Source of the DNA: Candidatus Iainarchaeum sp.
GTDB taxonomy: Archaea > B1Sed10-29 > WALL01
Direction: 5' to 3'
Length of the DNA: 64,000 bases
NCBI GenBank assembly: GCA_023129115.1
Contig: JAGMCR010000002.1
Span: forward strand, 32,001 to 96,000
Shown here: piece after piece, positions 48,757-58,237 of the stretch
How positions within the stretch are numbered: position 1 is the stretch's first letter
Layout of the letters: the number at the start of each line of letters is the position of its first letter
Notes under the pieces: generated by a model
Database searches by the model: none
What the model was told of the DNA's origin: nothing
What the model saw: only the letters and a program-made list of their open reading frames with translations
Program-made: the position numbers and the translations under genes

Positions 48757-51570
48757 ATGAAGCGAATGTTAGATGCATCTAAGGGCTCAGTTATAGTGGT
48801 GGTTTTTATCCTACTCTTAATTGTTGGGGTTTATGCGTTTGCTCCGTGTCCTGTTTCTCCACCAGTAAACGAAGGTGACCCACTGCCAATACCTTGCTTT
48901 GAAGAAGGTATGTGCATGGGTGGTTGTTGCTGCTATGATGGTTATCTTCTTCTCGAAAGGAATACTACTGAAGAACAGCCCAGCGCGATTACAGGTATGA
49001 TGGTAGCAACCGCACCTTTAGAAGGCAATGCAATTGAGCCCCACAAAGTGGTTAGTTTGGTTGGTTTTGAAGGCTATGACAAGAATAGGGACAAGGTTGC
49101 GGATTCCATGCAGAACGGTGTTTACTTAGAGGGCGCTACAAAAGAACTATTCACTGTTGCTTTTGACCACAAACCAACAGAAGAAGACAAAAAACTGGTT
49201 AGAGATATGGGTGGGGAGGTTGTTTACGATTTCTCATTGATTTACGCTTTAACAGTTAGGATACAACCAACCAAAATAACTGAGTATGCAGCAGCCAATC
49301 CACATGTAGTTATCGTGAGTGACCCCCGTGTAACTAGATCACTGAAGATATACCGCACAGCAAAAGTAGTTCGTGTTCGACCTCTAGTTTGGGAAACCTA
49401 TGGCTACAATGGTAGCGGGGAAGTAGTCACAGTAATGGATAGTGGCGTAGATGACTCCCACGCAGATTTACAAGGCAAAATAAAAAACTGGATGGACTGC
49501 AATCCTGCAGGATGCACTACTATTGGTCAGACACTGCATGACAACGTGGGCCATGGAACGAGTATTGCGGGGATTATTGTGGGGTCTGGGACGCAGGTGG
49601 GTGGTTCTAGTGGAGTAGCCACAGTGAACATTATGATTCATAGCCGGTTTACGGGCGAAGGCGGAGAAGTATGGGGTGGCTATTTTTCAGTGGATACTGA
49701 TGATAACACCCATTCCATTGACGGAACCCTTAATTGGGAGGCGGCTGACGGGCAGGACAATTACACAATAAAAGTAACCAACTCTACAGGGCTACCAAAC
49801 GGTGTTATTGGGGACGAAACTTCCGATTCAGACCCCTTAACCTTAACCACCAACTCATTCACAGAAACCAGTGAAATCCAGTACAAGTTTTACGTTAGCG
49901 CAGAGAGTGGCAATGCACATAACAGCACTGATGAAGCCTATTTCGCGCAAATGAGTACACCTATTGAATCGGTGGGGGATAGTTATAACCTCATGAGGGG
50001 ACTGGCACCAGGTAGCGAGCTTGTTTCCGTGAAAGTTGTGCCAGATGATAATGACATAGCTCATTTATGGACTATGAATAATGCCTATGATTGGATTGGG
50101 TCTAATTCTGAATCAGATGGCGTTAAAGTGGTTTCCATTAGTTTGGGTGGGACAACCGCTGACCCTATTGAATCAAAAGTCATTAGTAACACGATAGACA
50201 AAGGGGTTCTGCCCGTTGCAGCAACAGGTAATGATAACGGTGTTATCGACTACCCTGCTAGGTATCCTGAAGTGCTTGCTGTGGGGGCGATTGACAGCGA
50301 TGGAGACGTGGCGGATTACAGTAATTACGGGAACTCAAGTGAAGGCTCTGAAAAATGGCCCGATGTTGTTGCTCCCGGTGGGTCAAGCTGGTTCACTTAT
50401 GAAAAATACCCTGTTTTAACACTCGACACAAACGACGCTGAGTGTGTGACGAACACAGGCCTAACTACATGCGAAAGTTTCTCTGAAGAATACACTAATG
50501 ACTCCATCTATGCGTACGGTACTTCCATGGCTGTCCCCCACGTATCCGCGATAGCTGCCTTGATTGCTGAGGCGAAGGGGAGTTGGACTTACAACTCTTC
50601 TACTGACCCGTTGTGGGTAAAAATGGTTATTTCGATGACGGCTTGGGAGACCAACGAAACCAACCGTGGTTCTAAAGACATCTATGAAGGCTATGGAGTA
50701 GTCGCTGCCGACGCGGCAATCGAAGCGGTTATCTTCAACCACACGCTTGGGGACATTGAGTCAGATACTTTTGGCTCGGGATTGACTGACAAGAAGGTGT
50801 GGGCCCGCGAAGTTTCGCCGGGAGACAAGGAAATTGATTTCACGCTGGTGGTGCCAAGCGGCGCGGACTACGACCTCTACCTTTACAACAATACTCCTGA
50901 CCAGTACGGCCAGCCACAGATACTGGACAATTCGACAACTGCTGCGACCGGCGGCACAGAAAGCATTACCTACAACTTTTCGGCGAGTCAGGAAGCGTAT
51001 TTGGTGGTGAAGTGGGTCAGCGGTAACGGAGCATTTACTTTGTCTAGTGTGGAAGACAAGGACAAAATGAGTTTGATTCAGGGTTGGAACCAGTTTTCGT
51101 TCCCGAAGCTTCCGGCGAACAAGACTGTGGCCAACGTGTTCTCTTCAATTAGTGGTAGTTATGACCGGATAGATGATTACATCGCTAACAACAAGTCGTG
51201 GCGGATTTACGACGTAGCTGCAATTGGCTATTCCATGACGTTAAGCAACATTGAGGGGGGCAGGTCTTATCGCATTCATATGAACCAGGCCGACACAATT
51301 GAGTTCAGCGGCACGGACGTGGCGCCAATCAATATCTCGCTTTATGAGGGCTGGAATTGGCTCGCTTGGCCAGGCGAGACGGAGGCAATCGCCAGTGCGT
51401 TGAGCTCAATCGACGGGAGCTACAACAGAATAGATGAACTCTACGCTGGGGAGTGGGAAATTTATGATAGCTCCATCCCCGATGAGTACGACCAATCCCT
51501 GGACTACATGAAAAGAGGCAGAGGGTACGTAATTCTCATGAACTCTAACGACACACTCGAGGTGAATTAG
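48757..51570 (+). CDS. Secreted S8 (subtilisin-like) serine protease with PPC-like and C-terminal repeat domains
   Basis: VMDSGVD, HGTSIAG, ATGN, GTSMAVPHV; N-terminal TM helix; two L..GWN repeats. Confidence 0.93.
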   Translation: MKRMLDASKGSVIVVVFILLLIVGVYAFAPCPVSPPVNEGDPLPIPCFEEGMCMGGCCCYDGYLLLERNTTEEQPSAITGMMVATAPLEGNAIEPHKVVSLVGFEGYDKNRDKVADSMQNGVYLEGATKELFTVAFDHKPTEEDKKLVRDMGGEVVYDFSLIYALTVRIQPTKITEYAAANPHVVIVSDPRVTRSLKIYRTAKVVRVRPLVWETYGYNGSGEVVTVMDSGVDDSHADLQGKIKNWMDCNPAGCTTIGQTLHDNVGHGTSIAGIIVGSGTQVGGSSGVATVNIMIHSRFTGEGGEVWGGYFSVDTDDNTHSIDGTLNWEAADGQDNYTIKVTNSTGLPNGVIGDETSDSDPLTLTTNSFTETSEIQYKFYVSAESGNAHNSTDEAYFAQMSTPIESVGDSYNLMRGLAPGSELVSVKVVPDDNDIAHLWTMNNAYDWIGSNSESDGVKVVSISLGGTTADPIESKVISNTIDKGVLPVAATGNDNGVIDYPARYPEVLAVGAIDSDGDVADYSNYGNSSEGSEKWPDVVAPGGSSWFTYEKYPVLTLDTNDAECVTNTGLTTCESFSEEYTNDSIYAYGTSMAVPHVSAIAALIAEAKGSWTYNSSTDPLWVKMVISMTAWETNETNRGSKDIYEGYGVVAADAAIEAVIFNHTLGDIESDTFGSGLTDKKVWAREVSPGDKEIDFTLVVPSGADYDLYLYNNTPDQYGQPQILDNSTTAATGGTESITYNFSASQEAYLVVKWVSGNGAFTLSSVEDKDKMSLIQGWNQFSFPKLPANKTVANVFSSISGSYDRIDDYIANNKSWRIYDVAAIGYSMTLSNIEGGRSYRIHMNQADTIEFSGTDVAPINISLYEGWNWLAWPGETEAIASALSSIDGSYNRIDELYAGEWEIYDSSIPDEYDQSLDYMKRGRGYVILMNSNDTLEVN

Positions 51571-51690
51571 AGGGGGATACTTGACCTGGTCAAGCTGTCC
51601 TCCCGGGGCTCTGACCCTACGGTAGTAGAGCCTGCACCAAACTATTTATAGAACTTTGAGCAGAAGCCCTTGCGATGGGCAGGATAAACC

Positions 51691-52260
51691 TCATTCAAAA
51701 TGGTGTTTATGCTTTTCGAGTTTTTTCATGCGTTTCTTGTTTAGGTGAATTGTTTCTTTGGTTGCGCGGCTTTGGCGCTCGACTTCGAACGCGGTTATTC
51801 CAAGGTCGTGGGCCTCACACGCTGTTTTGATTGCACTGGCTGCTTGGACTATGTCTTCTCTTCGTGTTGACGGGTTTTGTTTTTTGTCTTCATTAAGTAT
51901 ATCAATTGCGAGGTCAATTGTTTTGTTTGGCAGCCCTAACCTCTTGCCTTGTTTTTGGATGATTTCTTGGGGAGTTGGAGTAGCTATGCCCGTAGCCTTG
52001 CGGAAGTCCTCGATGTCTTCTAGGCTTAGATTAATGGAGTTATCGGCGGCTCTGAAGTTGTACCTGCCAATTTCCATCCCCTGGTTTTGGCCCGCAACCC
52101 AACTTATTAAGCTCGCTTTTTTCACTGGCTCCGCATTGTACGCAATAACCTCTTTTTTCTTCCTGAGCCTCTCGACTTCTTTTACGAGTGCATCTTCTGC
52201 CTCGCCGGGAAAAACACGCAGCCGCCTTACTTTTTCCAAGATTTGGTCCATTTTAGACAT
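51691..52260 (-). CDS. Protein with a single TFB/TFIIB-like cyclin repeat
   Basis: PQEII...RLGLP...AIDIL...AASAI..AC......T..EV......TKETI resembles the second TFB repeat; no Zn ribbon. Confidence 0.55.
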   Translation of the reverse strand: MSKMDQILEKVRRLRVFPGEAEDALVKEVERLRKKKEVIAYNAEPVKKASLISWVAGQNQGMEIGRYNFRAADNSINLSLEDIEDFRKATGIATPTPQEIIQKQGKRLGLPNKTIDLAIDILNEDKKQNPSTRREDIVQAASAIKTACEAHDLGITAFEVERQSRATKETIHLNKKRMKKLEKHKHHFE

Positions 52261-52322
52261 AACAACAAATGACTCAGTTCTAAAATAAAAACCTTTTTAT
52301 CCCTCTTAGAGTTATGTGCAAA

Positions 52323-52495
52323 GCCGTGGGCTAACCTTAAAAATGGTTGATGAGTGTAGTTACGCAGTATACACCGCGGGATGGTATCCATGATAGACAG
52401 GTCATTTCCTAGGAAGTTCCGCGGAAATGAGGTGTGTGAGGGGCAAAAAGCGGTGCAGGCTCTATAGCCGTACGAGCTGTTCCCTCCCGAGGCTC
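52323..52495 (+). repeat. 173-bp duplicate of 45380-45552 (ORF tail, right end and core)
   Basis: Ungapped alignment with scattered substitutions. Confidence 0.95.
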
Positions 52496-52649
52496 AGCGT
52501 CCTGGGGGGCGCAGCCCCCCACGAAGCCCATGACGTTGACACAAGTCAACGTCCAGTCCACGGGAAGAGTCCCCTCAGTAATACTGTACTAGCTGCTGCC
52601 GGGCGGCCTTGCGCCGCCCTCGTCTAACGTGCCGCCTGAGTTTCAGGCG
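52496..52649 (+). repeat. Structured non-coding element, full copy (ORF-less cassette)
   Basis: Hairpins GGGGGC-GCA-GCCCCC, GACGTTGAC-ACAA-GTCAACGTC, GGGCGGC-CTTGC-GCCGCCC and CGCCTGA-GTT-TCAGGCG, between two cores. Confidence 0.9.
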
Positions 52650-52661
52650 CTCCCGAGGCTC

Positions 52662-52831
52662 AGCGTCCTGGGGGGCGCAGCCCCCCACTACCCCGGGAAG
52701 CGCCCCCCCAGGTGAGTGGGTAAGAGCTCGCTTCCGCTCGCGGTTTTTGTCTCTGGGAATCGCAGATTCCCAAGCCTAACGTGCTGTACCGTGAATCCCA
52801 ACGGATTTGCGGTTGTCCTGAGTTTCAGGCG
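52662..52831 (+). repeat. Structured non-coding element, variant copy
   Basis: Same AGCGTCCTGGGGGGCGCAGCCCCCC start, CTAACGTGC motif and CCTGAGTTTCAGGCG end; different internal hairpins. Confidence 0.88.
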
Positions 52832-53101
52832 CTCCCGAGGCTCTGACCCTACGGTAGCAGAGCCCGCTTCACCCCAAGCATGAGGCCGGACTTGCGCATA
52901 AGCTTCCTAGGGGTTTGTGGGGTTTGGGCCAATAAATTTATCAGGTTGTGGCATTCCTCGCTGAAGTATTGTCCCGCTGTCACTAAAAAACCCGTCCATT
53001 CCCTACAATAACGCTTAAAATATTGCCGTGGGGCGCATTCAGTCACGTTTATAAACTATAACATGTTAGATATATCGGTACCGATATTAAAAGGTTTTGT
53101 T

Positions 53102-53599
53102 ATGAACTTGTTTGCTAGGGGCTTGCTGAAAATTTATGTCTTGTACATGGCCAAACAGGGTTCCATTTCAGGCAGTGATGTTGCCAAGAGCATAAGCGCT
53201 GCCACAGACGGGCGGTGGAAGCCGAGCTTTGGCTCGATTTACCCGCTGCTGGGGAGGTTTGAGGAAGATGGCCTGCTGTGCCAGGAGGCTAGGAAGGGAA
53301 AGCAGGTCTTTTACTCACTCACCAAGAAGGGTGTGAAAGAGTTCGAGAGGCAGAGGGAAAAATACATTGCCGAGTACGAGGACAACCTCGGGACGCTGTT
53401 CCCCCTGGTCTTCCAGCTGGCGCAGTTCGAGGCCGACAAAGAGCTGCAAGACGCCGTCACGAACCTGAACCAAGTGTTCGCGAAATACAAGAAATACTTG
53501 TTCAACCTGGAGCTAAACGAAAAAGTGGAGAAAAGAAAGCGCATAATCAAGGACTTGTCCGCCACCCTTTCGGACCACATGAGCAAGCTGGAGAAGTGA
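53102..53599 (+). CDS. PadR-family transcriptional regulator
   Basis: WKPSFGSIYPLL...KQVFYSLTKKG. Confidence 0.9.
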   Translation: MNLFARGLLKIYVLYMAKQGSISGSDVAKSISAATDGRWKPSFGSIYPLLGRFEEDGLLCQEARKGKQVFYSLTKKGVKEFERQREKYIAEYEDNLGTLFPLVFQLAQFEADKELQDAVTNLNQVFAKYKKYLFNLELNEKVEKRKRIIKDLSATLSDHMSKLEK

Positions 53600-53603
53600 T
53601 GTT

Positions 53604-54926
53604 ATGGAAAAATACGACGCAATTGTTGTGGGGTGTGGCATAAGCGGGCTGCTCGCGGGCCTTGCGCTTGCCAAGGAAGGAAAGAGTGTGCTAATGCTCG
53701 AGAAGGAAGACAAAGTTGGTGGCGCGTGCAGGTCTTACGACGTTGACGGCTTCGTGGTCGACACCGGGCCGCATGTGATTACTGGGCGGGGGAATGGGCC
53801 AACCCAATTGCTGATAGACAAGTATTTTGACGTGGTGCCGAAGTTCATTGAGAGCAGAAAATATTTCCTGCGGTTTGACGGCAAGTTATACGCTTTCCCT
53901 TGGACGATTCCGGCTTGGCTATCGTTCCCACCGTTCTCAGTCGAAGACAGGCTCATCATTGTCCAGGTGATGTTCAAGTTGTTGGCAGACTATGCCTCTG
54001 GCAAAGGCTTGGGGGATAAAGTGGTGTCTGATTACACGGCGGGCCATGAGCTCTCGGGAAGGGCGCTGCAGTTCATTGATTGCATGTGCCTGTTTTTGAC
54101 GGGCGTTTGCATGGAGGAAACGCCCGTGAGCCGAATCCTTTCCGGGGGAAGGAGCAAAAACAAGACAAAAGCGGAAAAAATAAAAGAGATTTTGGTTGAA
54201 AACGGGAAGACCCATTACTATCCGCGTGGGGGGATCCAAACTATTGTTAACTCTGTATTGCAGTCCCTCCCGAAGAACGCCGGGATTCACAAGAGCGAAG
54301 AAGCAACCAAAATCGTGGTCAGTGGCGGGCGTGTTTCTGGTGTCGCCACGGACAAAGGCGAGTACGCCACGAAGGTAGTGGTTTACGCTGGACCGAACAA
54401 GCTCCTTCCCGGCTTGGTGGAACTGCCCCAAGAGTACATCCAAAAATTCAGGGGCTTGAAGCAAGCGAGGACGCTGACGCTGTGGCTCGGGCTAAATAAA
54501 AAATACTTCGCAGAAGTTGGGACAGAGCTTTGGACCGAAACAAAAAAGCCTTGCTGGGCCGTCCCAACATCCAATTTTGATTCTGCACTCGCCCCGACGG
54601 GGAAGCACTTGGTGGGCTTCGGCTTCGTGCTCGCGGAAGATGAGCAGGTGACCGACGACAACATTGACGACTATGTCAAAGTAGTCGAGGAAGTGTTCCC
54701 GGGCATAAGGGAACACATCGAGATGACCCATTACCAAGTGCTGGTTGCCGAGCAGGCAGCCAACGCAAAAGACAATTTCTTCAGCGGGGTCAAGCTGCCG
54801 GTCGATGGGCTGTACGCGGTCGGCACTGACGTCGACAGGCGGAGCATGGGCGTGACGAGGGCCGCGTACTCCGTAGTCTCGTTGATTGAAGCCCTAAAAC
54901 AAGGCGGTTTTGTTACGAAGGTGTGA
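53604..54926 (+). CDS. Phytoene-dehydrogenase-family FAD oxidoreductase
   Basis: GCGISG, VGGAC, VDTGPH, YPRGGIQ, LAPTGKHL, GLYAVG. Confidence 0.88.
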   Translation: MEKYDAIVVGCGISGLLAGLALAKEGKSVLMLEKEDKVGGACRSYDVDGFVVDTGPHVITGRGNGPTQLLIDKYFDVVPKFIESRKYFLRFDGKLYAFPWTIPAWLSFPPFSVEDRLIIVQVMFKLLADYASGKGLGDKVVSDYTAGHELSGRALQFIDCMCLFLTGVCMEETPVSRILSGGRSKNKTKAEKIKEILVENGKTHYYPRGGIQTIVNSVLQSLPKNAGIHKSEEATKIVVSGGRVSGVATDKGEYATKVVVYAGPNKLLPGLVELPQEYIQKFRGLKQARTLTLWLGLNKKYFAEVGTELWTETKKPCWAVPTSNFDSALAPTGKHLVGFGFVLAEDEQVTDDNIDDYVKVVEEVFPGIREHIEMTHYQVLVAEQAANAKDNFFSGVKLPVDGLYAVGTDVDRRSMGVTRAAYSVVSLIEALKQGGFVTKV

Positions 54927-54930
54927 AAAA

Positions 54931-56028
54931 ATGAAGTACAAAAAAATAGTTTTCCCGCGGGACGGTGCCGCCCATGACAACGTTATTGAGTGGTGGTACT
55001 TTAACGGGCACCTGAAGGACGGGAATGGCAATGGGTATGCCTTCATGGACTGCCTGTTCAAGGCAAAGCCCAAAGAAGTGAAACTTCCTTTTTTGAAAAA
55101 GATTCCACTCAAAAACGCTTATTTCGCCCACTCCCTTTTGTCTGACATCAAGGACAACGTGTTTTATTCAAGCGTGCAGCCCCTGAGCATACTCTCGAGG
55201 GACAGCTTTTCAAAGCCCTTGTTTTTCGTGAATTACTCCCACCCCTCTTTGGGCGGCTACCTGAATTACGAAATCGAGGAGATTGACGGGTTCAAGTATA
55301 GAATCAAGTCCGAGTTCTTTGACTTGACCTTGAGCTCGACCAAGAAGCCGCTGCTTGAGGGCGGGCGCGGGTTCATTGACTTGAATTCAAAGCAAACGTT
55401 TTACTACTCGCTGACAAACCTCGAGACAGAGGGATACGTCACTGTCAACGGCAAGCGAATCAAGGTAAAAGGCAAGTCCTGGATGGACCACCAGTGGGCC
55501 GACGTCCCGTACTCGAAGGACAAGTGGAGCTGGTTTTCAATCCAATTGGACAACAACACGGAAATGGTTTGCTTTGAGTATGGCGACAAGAAAAAGAAGA
55601 CTTATCTCGCGAGCATTTCGTACGCGAACGGAAGGGTCGCCCACGCCAGTGACTTATCACTAACCCCATTAGGCCAGGTATGGGAGAGCAAGAGAACTGG
55701 CGCCAAGTATCCCCTTTCATGGAGGATTCAAGTCCCGTCAAAAAGAATTGACCTCGTGGTGAGCCCCTTAATGAAAGAACAGGAAATAATTTTTGGGCCA
55801 ATCAACTACTGGGAGGGGCCGTTAAAAGTAACGGGAAAAGTGAACAACAAAAAAGTGGCTGGAAAAGGATTTTCAGAGCTTGTCGGCTACCCGACAACAA
55901 AGTCTTTTGTTGAGTTTTATGAGCCAGAACTAAGGAAAATCGAGAAAATAGTTAAAAGAGACTTAAGCGAATGGGTGGGTCATACGATTAGTGGAAAGCC
56001 GGGGTTTGCCGCGGATCGCAGGAAGTGA
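54931..56028 (+). CDS. CrtC/AttH lipocalin-like hydratase family protein
   Basis: H...IEWWYFNGHL, YYSLT, WMDHQW, WSWFSIQL, YWEG. Confidence 0.85.
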   Translation: MKYKKIVFPRDGAAHDNVIEWWYFNGHLKDGNGNGYAFMDCLFKAKPKEVKLPFLKKIPLKNAYFAHSLLSDIKDNVFYSSVQPLSILSRDSFSKPLFFVNYSHPSLGGYLNYEIEEIDGFKYRIKSEFFDLTLSSTKKPLLEGGRGFIDLNSKQTFYYSLTNLETEGYVTVNGKRIKVKGKSWMDHQWADVPYSKDKWSWFSIQLDNNTEMVCFEYGDKKKKTYLASISYANGRVAHASDLSLTPLGQVWESKRTGAKYPLSWRIQVPSKRIDLVVSPLMKEQEIIFGPINYWEGPLKVTGKVNNKKVAGKGFSELVGYPTTKSFVEFYEPELRKIEKIVKRDLSEWVGHTISGKPGFAADRRK

Positions 56029-56034
56029 GGTTGT

Positions 56035-56868
56035 TTGGGCTTTGGTGGTTTCTTGCTTCACTTGCGGCCGCTGTCGTGGCCACTTGTCGCACTGCAAGTC
56101 TTGACGGGGTTCGTGCTCGCCGGCGGCAACACTGTCTCTCTTGAGGTCTTGTTAGGTTTCTTTGTCATCGTTGTCTGTATGAACGGGGGAACACTGGCGT
56201 TCAACTCTTACTTCGACAGGGACGGTGGAAATGTGGGGTGGCTGGACAACCCACCCAAAACAACTAAGCAAACATATTACTTGTCGCTCGCGCTGATGGT
56301 ATTTGGTGTGCTCGCCGCCTTGCTGGTGTCCCATGAATTTTTCTATTTGGCTTCCGCATCTTTCGTTGTTAGCGTTGCTTATTCACATCCTTGGTTCAGG
56401 CTCAAGTCGGTGCCACTGGCAGACGCCATTTGTAGTGGCGTGGGTTACGGGGTGCTCATGTTTCTTGGGGGTTGGGTACTCGCGTCACCAGTCTTGACTG
56501 CCAAGGCCGGGGTCGTGTGCGTGGGAATGTTCCTGGCGTTCATGGCTGGGGTTCCATTGACCCAAATATATCAAATGCGTGAAGACAAAAAGAGGGGTGA
56601 TAGGACCACTGCATTGGCCTTGGGACCGGACAAATCAAAGTGGATGTTTTACTTCTTTGGCACGCTTTCTGTAGCCGTGTTGTTGTTTGCTGTTATGGAG
56701 GGGTTCTTGGGGAAACTTGCGCTACTGGCGGGCGTGCCTTTATTCTGGCTGGCGTTACAAGTACGGAACATCAAATCATTCAAGCACAAGCAAAAAGTTT
56801 ATGAGGCATACGTCGTGGTTGTTGTTGTGGATGTGGTTATCATTCTTTCAGAACTCGTTCCAGTGTAA
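56035..56868 (+). CDS. UbiA-family prenyltransferase
   Basis: LRP, FNSYFDRD, YSHPWFRLK, EDKKRGDRT. Confidence 0.88.
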   Translation: MGFGGFLLHLRPLSWPLVALQVLTGFVLAGGNTVSLEVLLGFFVIVVCMNGGTLAFNSYFDRDGGNVGWLDNPPKTTKQTYYLSLALMVFGVLAALLVSHEFFYLASASFVVSVAYSHPWFRLKSVPLADAICSGVGYGVLMFLGGWVLASPVLTAKAGVVCVGMFLAFMAGVPLTQIYQMREDKKRGDRTTALALGPDKSKWMFYFFGTLSVAVLLFAVMEGFLGKLALLAGVPLFWLALQVRNIKSFKHKQKVYEAYVVVVVVDVVIILSELVPV

Positions 56869-57002
56869 CACACCCCCTTTCCGCGGAAGCTTCCCCGGAA
56901 ATGACTTGGGTGTGGCTGATTTTGGGCGCAGGCTCTAGAGCCATACGAGCTGTTCTCCCCCGAGCTCTTTTATACTTCTTTTGACTAAAATTGTTTACTC
57001 TT

Positions 57003-58058
57003 ATGCATACACAAGAGCTTGTCACACGGCTTGAGGATGCGGAGAAAGCCGTTTCTGGGTACGGGGGGCAAAGGCTGTTGCTAATCAGCCAGTACTACGG
57101 CGCCCAAATGGATTTCGTCGATAGGATAGAGGCGGGCGTTGAGAGGGGCAAGAGGCTGATGAGTGCGGACATTGTTGTCAGAAGAAAGCATGCCATGAGC
57201 CAGCAGAAGATTTTCAAGAGGATGGCGCAGTTTTTCAAGCAAGTCGATGGCTCATACAAAAAAGGGGACATCAAGGACAAGGAGGGCCGTGTGTTCGCCC
57301 GCGCCTATGACAAGGCGGTCCACGGCCATTTTGCCAAGGTACGGGAGATTCTTTCAGAGGTAGAGGGCATGGCCGTGGTATACACGGAATTTGTTGGGCT
57401 TGAGGAAGAAGCAAAAAGGCAAAAGAAAAAGTTGGGGAAAAGGAAGGCGTCCATCCATGCATTGCTCGAGGAAGCGGGCTCGGTAAAGCCGCTTGATGGC
57501 GATTACGTGAAAAAGCATGGGGAAGTGCTTCGGAGCCTGGAGAAAGCCAAGGGGCTTAGGGCGGAGTACATACAAAAAATTCGTGGCAAGAGTGTTATGG
57601 AGTACGTGGCAATGCTGAAAAACAAGGATTTGGTCAAGGTGGGCTTTCCAGGCGCGGACCCTGCTGACATCACCAAATTCTTGAATGCTTATCCAGAGCT
57701 CTCAAAGGCAACGCCGGAGAAACTGCTTGAATATCGTTCCTGGACAGACGGGAAGCTAAAGCACACAATCCCGGAGACCAAGAGGTTCAGGAGCATGATG
57801 CAGGAGTATGGCTCTTGGCTGGAACGCCTTGAGCACCTTGAGTCATTGGGGTTCATGGTTGTTAGGAACGTGGAGGACGCGAAGAGGCTCGCGCCATTAT
57901 TCAGGGGGACCGAGGCCGGTGGCGTGCTGTCAAGCCTTAGCGGGCTTGGGGATTACTGGATGGCGCCCCCCAAAGGCGCACCAGTCAGGGACACACCAAA
58001 GCTAAAAAAAGAGCTTTCCGAGATAGGCAGGGAACTGGCGCTTCTGGAAGGCGTTTAG
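57003..58058 (+). CDS. Hypothetical helical protein (single-gene cassette)
   Basis: ORF fills the interval between cores at 56954 and 58066. Confidence 0.7.
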   Translation: MHTQELVTRLEDAEKAVSGYGGQRLLLISQYYGAQMDFVDRIEAGVERGKRLMSADIVVRRKHAMSQQKIFKRMAQFFKQVDGSYKKGDIKDKEGRVFARAYDKAVHGHFAKVREILSEVEGMAVVYTEFVGLEEEAKRQKKKLGKRKASIHALLEEAGSVKPLDGDYVKKHGEVLRSLEKAKGLRAEYIQKIRGKSVMEYVAMLKNKDLVKVGFPGADPADITKFLNAYPELSKATPEKLLEYRSWTDGKLKHTIPETKRFRSMMQEYGSWLERLEHLESLGFMVVRNVEDAKRLAPLFRGTEAGGVLSSLSGLGDYWMAPPKGAPVRDTPKLKKELSEIGRELALLEGV

Positions 58059-58130
58059 GCCCAATCCCTCCCGGGGCTTTCCGGGGGAGGTGGGCAACGC
58101 AAAGCTTAAATATTAGAAATGCGTACTATA

Positions 58131-58237
58131 GGGCGCTGTAGGTTTGAGAGGTTGTGAACCGCAAGGCTTGCAACGAATTATGTCCCGAAAGTGGCATAAG
58201 GGCCGTGTAGAAAATAGCTCTTAAACCTGTAGCACTT
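58131..58237 (+). ncRNA. Putative structured small RNA (three-way junction)
   Basis: BRE/TATA-like CGCAAAGCTTAAATAT at 58098-58113; closing stem GCTGTAGGTTTGAGAG/CTCTTAAACCTGTAGC with G-U pairs; two hairpins capped by GCAA and GAAA; T-rich tract downstream. Confidence 0.65.

Noticed and set aside
52576-52588. CRESS-virus-like nonanucleotide CAGTATTAC on the minus strand of the structured element
   Set aside because: Not conserved in the other copies (CAGTAAAACTG, CAGTAATCCTG), and no Rep gene is present.
58190-58235. Resemblance to a pistol ribozyme (AGGGCC...AAATAG...CTTAA) and, on the minus strand, to a Cas9 repeat start (GTTTAAGAGCTA)
   Set aside because: The pistol pseudoknot pairing cannot be formed, and there is no Cas9 or repeat array. 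Both are probably coincidental.
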